Below are positions 29,523-37,345 of a DNA stretch of 64,000 bases, piece after piece (position 1 is the stretch's first letter; the number at the start of each line of letters is the position of its first letter). The DNA is from an uncultured Akkermansia sp. Its GTDB lineage: Bacteria; Verrucomicrobiota; Verrucomicrobiia; Verrucomicrobiales; Akkermansiaceae. The stretch is from assembly GCA_947631275.1 (NCBI GenBank), contig CANRKR010000002.1, forward strand, positions 296-64,295. The letters run 5' to 3'. The notes beneath the pieces are model-generated. The model ran no database searches and was not told the origin of the DNA. It worked only from the letters and a program-made list of their open reading frames with translations. The position numbers and the translations under genes are program-made.

Positions 29523-30518
29523 ATGAACGGCGTGATAGGGCTTGACCAGGTGGCGGTGCGCGCCTACCGTGGCATGTGCTTGGCGCGTGCGTTCGATACG
29601 AAGCTTTCCTCACTCTACAAGGCGGGTAAGGTTTTTGGCGGTGTCTTTCTGGGGCGCGGACACGAGGCAGTGGCGGCGGCGTCTGCCGTTTTTCTGAAGA
29701 AGGGACACGATGTGTACAATCCCTTTATCCGGGAGATGGCAGGGCGGTGCGTCTGGAGCGAAGATGCTTTGCTGGAGGCTGCTCGCAGCTATTTTGGCTC
29801 GGTTCTCGGTTGCATGGGCGGCAAGGATGGCAATGTGCACTGGGGGCGGCCGACACAGGGGAATCCGGCGCCGGTGTCGCATCTTGGCGCGATGCTTTCT
29901 GTTGTGGCGGGCATGATGTTGGCGAAGCGGCTGCGTGGGGAATCCGGCGACGTCGGAGTGGCCTGCATCGGGGATGGTACCACCTCTGTGGGGGCCGCGC
30001 ACGAGGCGTGCAACCTCATTGCGGTGGAGAAATTGCCGGTGGTGGTGGTGATCACGAACAACCGGTACGCTTATTCCACTCCGAACAGCGAGGAGTTTGC
30101 CTGCGCGGATCTCGTGGATCGCGGTCGAGGCTATGGTATGCGAACTCATTCCTGCGATGGTACGGATTTTCTGCAGACCCTCTCCGTCATGCAGCAGGCG
30201 GTGCAGGCGGCGCGGGATGGTGAAGGACCACAATGGATGGTGGCAACCACACTGCGGATGTGCGGTCACGGCGAGCACGATGATTCTTCCTACATTCCCA
30301 CTGAATTGAAGGAAGCGTACGCCCGGAAGGATCCTCTTGATGTGGCTCGGCGCCAGCTTTTGGAGAGAGGCTGGTTGGGTGCGTCGGAAGCTGATGAAAT
30401 GGATGCGGTGGCGCGTGAAGTCGTGCAGCGCGCCATCGCTCAAGCACAGAGGGAAGCTCCCCCTGAGCCTCGGATGATGGATTGGAGAGCAACGAGTTGG
30501 GATCCACAGAAAGCATGA
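29523..30518 (+). CDS. 2-oxoacid dehydrogenase E1 component, alpha subunit (TPP-dependent; PDH/acetoin/BCKDH type)
   Basis: The TPP-binding stretch reads GDGTTSVGAAHEACNLIAVEKLPVVVVITNNRYAYST. The Y-R-x-M-x-x-x-R-x-F helix lies near the N-terminus. The start is taken at ATG 29523; GTG 29532 is an alternative. Confidence 0.9.
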   Translation: MNGVIGLDQVAVRAYRGMCLARAFDTKLSSLYKAGKVFGGVFLGRGHEAVAAASAVFLKKGHDVYNPFIREMAGRCVWSEDALLEAARSYFGSVLGCMGGKDGNVHWGRPTQGNPAPVSHLGAMLSVVAGMMLAKRLRGESGDVGVACIGDGTTSVGAAHEACNLIAVEKLPVVVVITNNRYAYSTPNSEEFACADLVDRGRGYGMRTHSCDGTDFLQTLSVMQQAVQAARDGEGPQWMVATTLRMCGHGEHDDSSYIPTELKEAYARKDPLDVARRQLLERGWLGASEADEMDAVAREVVQRAIAQAQREAPPEPRMMDWRATSWDPQKA

Positions 30519-31489
30519 ATGTGACCTACATAGACGCCATCCACCGCGCGATGGAGGATCTGCTGGCAGAAGATGAACGCGTTTTCCTCTACGGCGAAGA
30601 TATTGCCGGCTCCTTCGGGGGTGCGTTCAAGGCGACGAAGGGGTTGGCGGAGAGATATCCGGGACGCGTCATGAACTCGCCCATCAGCGAGGATGCTATC
30701 CTCGGGGTGAGCATCGGTGCGGCACTCGGTGGGATGCACCCCATTGTCGAAATGCAGTTTGCTGATTTTGGCACCCTCGCACTGAACCAGACAGGCAATA
30801 ATGCTGGCGCTCATTATTTTCGCACCGGCGTGCCGGTGAATATTACTCTGCGTATGCCCTGTGGCGGCACGCCCGGCGGCGGTCCGTTCCACAGTCAATC
30901 CGTGGAAGCGCTCTTTGCTCATTATCCTGGACTACATGTGCTCACTCCCGCCACGGTCGGGGATGCTTATGATATGCTCAAGCAAGCCGTGCAAATACCC
31001 GATCCCGTGGTGTTTATGGAACATAAATACTTGTACCGCCGGGTGAAGGCTGAATCTTTCATAAACCCCGATCCCCTCCCCGTCGGGCGTGCTCGCATTG
31101 CCCGCGAGGGTAAACACGCAACCATCGTCGCCTTTTCCGCCATGGTACCAGAGGCTCTTGAGGCCGCGCAACTTCTTGCGGCGCAGAGTGGGTACGAGCC
31201 GGAGGTAGTTGATCTGCGCAGTGTGAAGCCGTTGGACACTGACACGATGCTTGCTTCCGTGGCGCGTACGGGACGTTTGCTGGTGGTGAGTGAGGATTTT
31301 CCATGGGGCGGCGTTGCGGCAGAGGTTGTCGCGTGCGTTGCGGCGGAGGGACTTCACCTGCTAGATGCGCCGCCGTTGCGGCTCACAAGCAAGGAGTCCC
31401 CGATTCCTTACCATCCTGAGCTCTGGAAGGCGCATCGTCCATCTGCCGCCACGATTGCCCAAGCTACCCGTTATCTCATTTCTCTCTAA
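30515..31489 (+). CDS. 2-oxoacid dehydrogenase E1 component, beta subunit
   Basis: Begins MNVTYIDAIHRAMEDLLAEDERVFLYGEDI. ATG 30515 overlaps the E1alpha TGA (ATGA). Confidence 0.93.
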   Translation: MNVTYIDAIHRAMEDLLAEDERVFLYGEDIAGSFGGAFKATKGLAERYPGRVMNSPISEDAILGVSIGAALGGMHPIVEMQFADFGTLALNQTGNNAGAHYFRTGVPVNITLRMPCGGTPGGGPFHSQSVEALFAHYPGLHVLTPATVGDAYDMLKQAVQIPDPVVFMEHKYLYRRVKAESFINPDPLPVGRARIAREGKHATIVAFSAMVPEALEAAQLLAAQSGYEPEVVDLRSVKPLDTDTMLASVARTGRLLVVSEDFPWGGVAAEVVACVAAEGLHLLDAPPLRLTSKESPIPYHPELWKAHRPSAATIAQATRYLISL

Positions 31490-31503
31490 CATTTTCAAAC
31501 GAC

Positions 31504-32730
31504 ATGCCGCAAGTTCCTATTCTCATGCCCCAGCTGGGTGAGTCCATCAGCGAAGCGACCATCATGCATATCCTCGTGCGACCCGGGGATGAAGTCGAGG
31601 CGGATCAGGCGGTCATGGAGGTGGAGACGAATAAGGCCGTCATGGAGGTCACCACGCAGTGCGGTGGATGCGTCACCGAGCTGCGCGTCACTGAGGGCGA
31701 AATGGTTCCTGTCGGTGCTGTGATGGGTGTGGTGGAGGCAACGGTGGAGGAAGTCGAGCGTTCGGGAGCACAAGAGCTCTCCGCGGCCGAGGAAAGAACT
31801 GCTCCCGTTGCAGCGGATGCAGGCGCTCATTTCCGTGCGGAGGGAGAGTTCATTGAATCCGATTTCTCTCAGCATCGCGTGGAAGGGCGACCGGGCGGAC
31901 TCCCCGTGCCTCTCGGCGTGCGCGGTGCGCATTATCTTTCGCCTCGACTCCGCGCACGCATGGATGAACTCGGCATCACTGAGGCGGATATGGCTTACAT
32001 TGTCGGCACTGGCGCTGGCGGTCGCATCACAATTGAGGATTTTGAAAAATTTTTGAAATACGTGGATGGTTGGCCTTCACGCAACGCGAGTCCCATGCGC
32101 CGCAGTGTGGCGGACAGTATGCAGCGCACGTGGCGGCGTCCCATTGCCAGCGCCGGGCGCCCCGTCTACATGGCTCCCATTATTCTGCACCGCAAGCAGC
32201 ATCCGCGTCGTCCGGGCTTTACGCTCTATTTTGTGCGCGCTCTGGCCCTCGCTCTGGCAGAGGTACCGGAGTGTGCCGGGTACATGGTGGGTGGTCGCAT
32301 CCTGACGCCCAAAAAGATTGATATCGGTGTGGCGGTGCAGGTGGAAGATGGTGTGCTTGTGCCGGTGATGCGCAGTGTGGATCAATCCACTCTCAATGCG
32401 CAGATTGACGAGTTTAACAAGGTGGTGGCGCAGGCACGGAGTCGCAAGCTCGATGATGTGTACAAGGGCGGCGGCATCGCAACGGTGACCAATTTCGGAG
32501 GCTTCGGCCTCACCTTTGCCGCGCCCATGCCACTGCCTAGCGAGAGTCTTATTCTCGGGGTCGGAGCCATGCAGAAGGTGCCCGTCTGGAGCGATGAAGT
32601 ACAGTGCTTTATTCCCGTGGAGCAGGCCAACATCAGTGCGTCCTTCGACCACCGCGTGGTGGATGGCGGAGATATCGGACGCCTCATGCAGCGCATTGCC
32701 TGGTTCCTTGAGCATCCCGAGTTGTTGTGA
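31504..32730 (+). CDS. dihydrolipoamide acyltransferase (E2)
   Basis: It has one lipoyl domain (MEVETNKAVMEV), a peripheral subunit-binding segment (LSPRLRARMDELGI) and the catalytic DHRVVDG motif. Confidence 0.92.
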   Translation: MPQVPILMPQLGESISEATIMHILVRPGDEVEADQAVMEVETNKAVMEVTTQCGGCVTELRVTEGEMVPVGAVMGVVEATVEEVERSGAQELSAAEERTAPVAADAGAHFRAEGEFIESDFSQHRVEGRPGGLPVPLGVRGAHYLSPRLRARMDELGITEADMAYIVGTGAGGRITIEDFEKFLKYVDGWPSRNASPMRRSVADSMQRTWRRPIASAGRPVYMAPIILHRKQHPRRPGFTLYFVRALALALAEVPECAGYMVGGRILTPKKIDIGVAVQVEDGVLVPVMRSVDQSTLNAQIDEFNKVVAQARSRKLDDVYKGGGIATVTNFGGFGLTFAAPMPLPSESLILGVGAMQKVPVWSDEVQCFIPVEQANISASFDHRVVDGGDIGRLMQRIAWFLEHPELL

Positions 32731-32754
32731 GGTCTCCTTCCTCCCCTTCGTACA

Positions 32755-33945
32755 ATGTCTTCTCTGCCGCCAAACTTTGATCCGAAGCGACACACGCTCG
32801 GCTTGCTTGCCGGGGCAGGGGACTTGCCTCGGCTTGTGTTGCAGAGTGCACGAGCTGCCGGGGTGCGCGTTGTGTGCGCCGGATTTCGCGGCGCAGCTGG
32901 AGATGATTTGCCGCCTCTCTGCGACGCTTTTCGTCGCTTCCGCGTCGGTGCCGTTGATGCTCCTGCCGCTTTTTTCCGTGCGCACGGCGTTACCCACATC
33001 ATGCTTGAGGGGCAGATTCGTCCCTCTTGCATTTACACCCTCTGGCCGGATTCAACAGCGCGTCGCATTCTTTCCTCTCTTGATCGCCGCAATGCCCATA
33101 CAATTTTCGGAGCGGTGTGTCGCTACGCGAAAGAGCAAGGGTGGCAGACTCTGCCCTCGGTCTCATTCCTGGGGGAGCATATCTCCGCTGCCGGTCACCT
33201 CGCCGGCCCTGAACTTTCTTCACCGCTCATGGCTCTGGCAAAAAAAGGGATGCTTCTCGCCCGCGGCATTGCCGATCTCGATATCGGTCAGAGTCTTATC
33301 CTGAACTCGGATTGCGTGCTCTGCGTGGAAGGATTCAAGGGGACGAATGAATGTTTGCAGAATGCCGGCGCTTCGCCTGATAACCCCGCTATGCTCTGCA
33401 AGGTTACCAAGCGTGCTCACGATATGCGCTTTGATGTTCCCTGCATTGGCCCTGCCACAATTCGGCATTGTATTCGAGCCTCTGTGAAGCAAATTGTCAT
33501 TGAGGCGGACCGCACGATTCTACTCCGCCGGGAGGAGGTGGTTCGCCTCTGTAAGGAAGCGGGTATTTCTCTCATCGCCATGCATGTGCCGGAAATGGAG
33601 GCTTCTTCCTTCGCGCCGACTTTTTCTGCCCCTGTGGCAGATGACGCGGCCCATGCCGCCGCACTTGCTCGTGCTTTGGACTCTCTCGGTATCGGATCGT
33701 CCGCGGTCGTGTGCGAAGGCGTTGTGATCGCCGTGGAGGACGCCGCAGGTCTTCCCAAATGCCTCCGCCGTGCCCGCGCGTACATGAGGCGCATCCGCTT
33801 CCTGCGCTTTGTCAATTGGCTCTGCCATCTTCTCCTTGGTCGCTGCAGTTCTCCTCCGCGCCCCATGGTCCTCGCCTCTGCGCGTCCTCTTTCTCCGGGC
33901 GAAACTCGTCTCGCTTCCCGCTATGGCATTCGTATCGTCGCTTAG
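32755..33945 (+). CDS. lpxI: LpxI-family UDP-2,3-diacylglucosamine hydrolase (DUF1009) with a C-terminal extension
   Basis: Family landmarks are LGLLAGAGDLP, DLDIGQSLIL...CVEGFKGTNECL and RFDVPCIGPATI. The protein is 396 aa, against about 280 expected from memory. Confidence 0.72.
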   Translation: MSSLPPNFDPKRHTLGLLAGAGDLPRLVLQSARAAGVRVVCAGFRGAAGDDLPPLCDAFRRFRVGAVDAPAAFFRAHGVTHIMLEGQIRPSCIYTLWPDSTARRILSSLDRRNAHTIFGAVCRYAKEQGWQTLPSVSFLGEHISAAGHLAGPELSSPLMALAKKGMLLARGIADLDIGQSLILNSDCVLCVEGFKGTNECLQNAGASPDNPAMLCKVTKRAHDMRFDVPCIGPATIRHCIRASVKQIVIEADRTILLRREEVVRLCKEAGISLIAMHVPEMEASSFAPTFSAPVADDAAHAAALARALDSLGIGSSAVVCEGVVIAVEDAAGLPKCLRRARAYMRRIRFLRFVNWLCHLLLGRCSSPPRPMVLASARPLSPGETRLASRYGIRIVA

Positions 33946-34076
33946 GATGACCGCGTTTGCAAGTGAGAAACAAGCAATGAGAAGTTAGTGCGCTGGCTTA
34001 CGGGTTTGCGAAGATCCGGCGAGGATAGAGAGCGAAATGGTAGGCATTGACCAGAAGGGAAAGATCTTTGCATGCA

Positions 34077-36248
34077 TTAAGACGTTTTCCCACGGAGGGC
34101 ACGGATCTTGTCGCGCAGCACAGCGGCAACTTCGAAGTCAAGATGAGCAGCAGCATCGCGCATTTCCTTTTCGAGGCGGGAGATCGCGAATTCGACGGAT
34201 TCTTCGGGCTCGGCAGCCATGAGGTCGCCTTCCTTCTCCTCATCCGGGGTATAGAGGCGCAGGGCGGATTGGTCGCGGCGTTCCACGCTGTGCGGGGTGA
34301 TGCCGTGCTCACGGTTGAAGGCAAGCTGAATTTTGCGGCGACGGTCGCTTTCATCGATGAGATTGCGAATGGAATCAGTAACCACATCGCAGAAGAGCAC
34401 ACATTCGCCGTGCACATGGCGTGCGGCTCGCCCGGCTGTCTGCACAAGACTCGTTTCGTTGCGAAGGAAGCCCTCTTTGTCCGCGTCCAGGATGCACACG
34501 AGCGATACCTCTGGCAGATCCAGTCCCTCGCGCAGTAGATTAATGCCCACGAGGATATCCACCTTTCCACTGCGCAGGCGGCGCAAAATTTCCACGCGTT
34601 GGATAGCATCCACGTCCGCATGGATATACTCAACACGCAGCCCGACGCGTCGGAGGTAATCTGTGAGATCTTCGGCAGTGCGTTTGGTGAGGGTAGTAAT
34701 CAGTACGCGTTCACCGGACTCCGTACGTTGGTGGCAAAGTTCGATTGTTTTATCGATTTGTCCATCCAGAGGATACAAGGTGATTTTCGGTTCCGGCAGA
34801 CCGGTGGGCCGGATGAGTTGCTCAACAATAAGAGGCGTGCCGAGGCGCAAAGGATCAAATTGATCCACCGGTGTCGAGGAGGGATTCGGGGCGTGGCGCA
34901 GCTCGGAGAGCTTGTGAAAGAACACACCATGGAAACCCTCCGGTGCGTGAGTGATGGCACGACTGGCTTTTTCACTGCGTGCATGCGTGTTGCCGCGAGT
35001 GGCTTTCAGTACGGGGATGTAGGTGTTGTTGCCGGGGACGCAGTTCACGTATTCGAAGGGACCGGGTGTGGCGCTCATGTAGATGAGCTGCTGCTGACGC
35101 TGCATGAATTCATCAAAACGCAGCGGACGATTGTCCAGCGCGGAGGGCAGGCGAAACCCGTGATCAATAAGCACCTGCTTGCGGGAACGATCACCTTCGT
35201 ACATGCCGCCGATTTGCGGGACAGTGGCGTGAGATTCGTCGATGATGGTGAGGTGGTCTTTCGGGAAATAATCTTGCAGAGTGGAGGGTGTGCTGCCCGG
35301 AGCCCTGCCGGCCAGGTGGCGCGAGTAATTTTCAATTCCCTTGCAGTAGCCAATTTCATGGATGAGTTCCAGATCGTAATCCGTGCGCATCTTGAGGCGC
35401 TGGGCTTCAATGAGTTTGTTGTTTTGCTCCAACCAACGGACGCGTTCGGCGAGTTCGGCGCGAATGCTCTGCATGGCGGCATGTCGCCGTTCCGGAGCAG
35501 AGACGTATTGCTTAATGGGGAAAAAGATATAGCCGTCCATCTCTTCCTGTGCGCGTCCGGTGGCGGCATCCATCAGGGTGATGCGATCAATCTCGTCGCC
35601 AAAGAATTCAACACGAATTGCCTCGCCGTCGCTTTGTCCGGGATAAATATCCACCACATCCCCGCGCACGCGGAAGGTGCCGCGGCGAAAATCGTAGTCG
35701 CTTCGCTCGTAGAGCAGGTTGGTCAATTCGCTCAGTAGGACGTCGCGGTCGATTTCCTGCCCTTTGTGCAGGGAAAGCGTAAGCTCCCGGTAGTCCTCCG
35801 GCGAGCCCAGTCCGTAGATGCACGATACACTCGCTACCACAATTACGTCCCGCCGCAGCAACAGGGAACGCATCGCATTCAAACACAGGCGGTCGATTTC
35901 CTCATTGATGGCGCTATCCTTTTCGATGTAAGTGTCCGTGCTGGCGATGTAGGCTTCCGGTTGGTAGTAGTCGAAATAGGAAACGAAGTATTCCACTGCG
36001 TTGTTGGGGAAGAAGCCCTTGAGCTCAGAGTAGAGCTGTGCCGCGAGTGTCTTGTTGTGCGAGAGCACGAGCACCGGTCTGTCCTGCGCTGCGATAATAT
36101 TCGCCATGGTGAAGGTCTTGCCGCTGCCTGTGACGCCAAGCAGACACTGATGGCGGTTTCCTGCGCGCAGGGACTTCAGAAGCTTGCCGATAGCCTGCTC
36201 CTGGTCGCCTGAGGGCTTGTAATCCGTGCATAGTCGGAAGATTGACAT
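34077..36248 (-). CDS. uvrB: excinuclease ABC subunit B
   Basis: ATG 36248 gives MSIFRLCTDYKPSGDQEQAI. Walker A is GVTGSGKTFT, followed by IRPTGL and a C-terminal UVR motif (FEVAAVLRDKIRALRG). The track ORF extends to 36347. Confidence 0.96.
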   Translation of the reverse strand: MSIFRLCTDYKPSGDQEQAIGKLLKSLRAGNRHQCLLGVTGSGKTFTMANIIAAQDRPVLVLSHNKTLAAQLYSELKGFFPNNAVEYFVSYFDYYQPEAYIASTDTYIEKDSAINEEIDRLCLNAMRSLLLRRDVIVVASVSCIYGLGSPEDYRELTLSLHKGQEIDRDVLLSELTNLLYERSDYDFRRGTFRVRGDVVDIYPGQSDGEAIRVEFFGDEIDRITLMDAATGRAQEEMDGYIFFPIKQYVSAPERRHAAMQSIRAELAERVRWLEQNNKLIEAQRLKMRTDYDLELIHEIGYCKGIENYSRHLAGRAPGSTPSTLQDYFPKDHLTIIDESHATVPQIGGMYEGDRSRKQVLIDHGFRLPSALDNRPLRFDEFMQRQQQLIYMSATPGPFEYVNCVPGNNTYIPVLKATRGNTHARSEKASRAITHAPEGFHGVFFHKLSELRHAPNPSSTPVDQFDPLRLGTPLIVEQLIRPTGLPEPKITLYPLDGQIDKTIELCHQRTESGERVLITTLTKRTAEDLTDYLRRVGLRVEYIHADVDAIQRVEILRRLRSGKVDILVGINLLREGLDLPEVSLVCILDADKEGFLRNETSLVQTAGRAARHVHGECVLFCDVVTDSIRNLIDESDRRRKIQLAFNREHGITPHSVERRDQSALRLYTPDEEKEGDLMAAEPEESVEFAISRLEKEMRDAAAHLDFEVAAVLRDKIRALRGKTS

Positions 36249-36319
36249 GGTGAATCTTTCAATCAGGAAAGAGCGGTGATGGGTAAAAAACAGCGTTGAC
36301 AGTGCGTGGGGTTTGCGGC

Positions 36320-36691
36320 ATGATGCTCCTCGTGTACATCCCTCCACAGGAATTACGATACAGCAAATTGGCGCGTTTGACGCTCTTTCTTTGTGTCATG
36401 CTGCCTTCGGCTGTGGTAATATGGCTTGGGAACGACCATAATCTGTGGGCGTGTGCCATAGGCTTTCTGTGGCCATTGGCGTTGCCGTTATCGTTTGTGA
36501 ATTTCCCAGTCGCTGGGGCTCTCTGCTGCTCGGCTTTGATTCAGGCGGCGGTGTTTTTTCTGATGGTGCGCAGCCGTAAACTCACTTCGAGGGGTAAGGC
36601 TACATTTGCCATCACTTGGGGAATGCTTTTTGCCTTTCTGCTGCGTCTGGCGATTGCCTACCAGGCCTGGCTTGCCGCTCTGCACGCCTGA
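36320..36691 (+). CDS. small hypothetical membrane protein
   Basis: It has 3-4 hydrophobic helices. The start is uncertain. The track gives TTG 36296, and ATG ATG lies at 36320. A TTGACA-17-CATGAT element at 36295-36324 overlaps that ATG and would favour ATG 36398. Confidence 0.45.
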   Translation: MMLLVYIPPQELRYSKLARLTLFLCVMLPSAVVIWLGNDHNLWACAIGFLWPLALPLSFVNFPVAGALCCSALIQAAVFFLMVRSRKLTSRGKATFAITWGMLFAFLLRLAIAYQAWLAALHA

Positions 36692-37012
36692 ACCGGCAAA
36701 CTCAAACCACGGACTTTTGAACATTCGTTCGCTGCTGCATGAGGTAATGACGGACGGCATGCTGTCCTCCGTGGAGTCGAGGTGAGTGTTGTTGCGTTTC
36801 CTGATTGAAGAGCTACCCGAGGAAGTTTGTTGCTTGCTAACATCAGGAGCCTATGCGGAATCTCAGAGTCGCATCCCACGCGTCGGCATGTTTGGGCAGC
36901 TCACCGCCGACGTTTGCATAGATCTGCGAGTTCGACATTATGGGCGCATTCACACCCGCTCTGAAGTGCAGTGCTGTGCTCCTTGCCTTCGTCCCCCTAT
37001 TGTATTGTATCT

Positions 37013-37345
37013 TCAGCGTTTCCAGATTTCCTCAAGTTTGTAGTATTCCCGCATCTCTGCAGTCATCACGTGCACCATCACATCAACGTAATCCAGAACA
37101 GCCCATAGAGCTTGAGGAGTGCGCTCGGCATAGACGGGATGCAGGTCGAGCTTTTCCTCTACCTGTTCGTCAATTTTGCGTAGGATAGAGCGCAGGTGCG
37201 GCACCGACCCAGCCGTGCAGACCACAGCGAAATTCGTGAGGTCGGACTTTCCGCTCAGATCAAAGGTTTCAATATCTGAGGCTTTGGCATCTTCAGCTGC
37301 TGCGGCACAAGTTTCTGCCAGAACCCTGCTTGGATTCTTTTTCAT
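37013..37345 (-). CDS. rsfS: ribosome silencing factor RsfS (iojap-like)
   Basis: 110 aa, with TNFAVVCTAGSVPHLRSI...WAVLDYVDVMVHVM. Its ATG overlaps the ftsH TGA (ATGA at 37342-37345). Confidence 0.9.
   Translation of the reverse strand: MKKNPSRVLAETCAAAAEDAKASDIETFDLSGKSDLTNFAVVCTAGSVPHLRSILRKIDEQVEEKLDLHPVYAERTPQALWAVLDYVDVMVHVMTAEMREYYKLEEIWKR

Noticed and set aside
34599-35738. 379-aa plus-strand ORF. Similar long ORFs occur at 37624-38622, 48221-49192, 54488-55504, 56535-57299 and 57618-58703.
   Set aside because: All lie antisense to confidently identified genes (uvrB, ftsH, addA, rsmB/suhB, PBP, TPR protein) and have shadow-frame composition.
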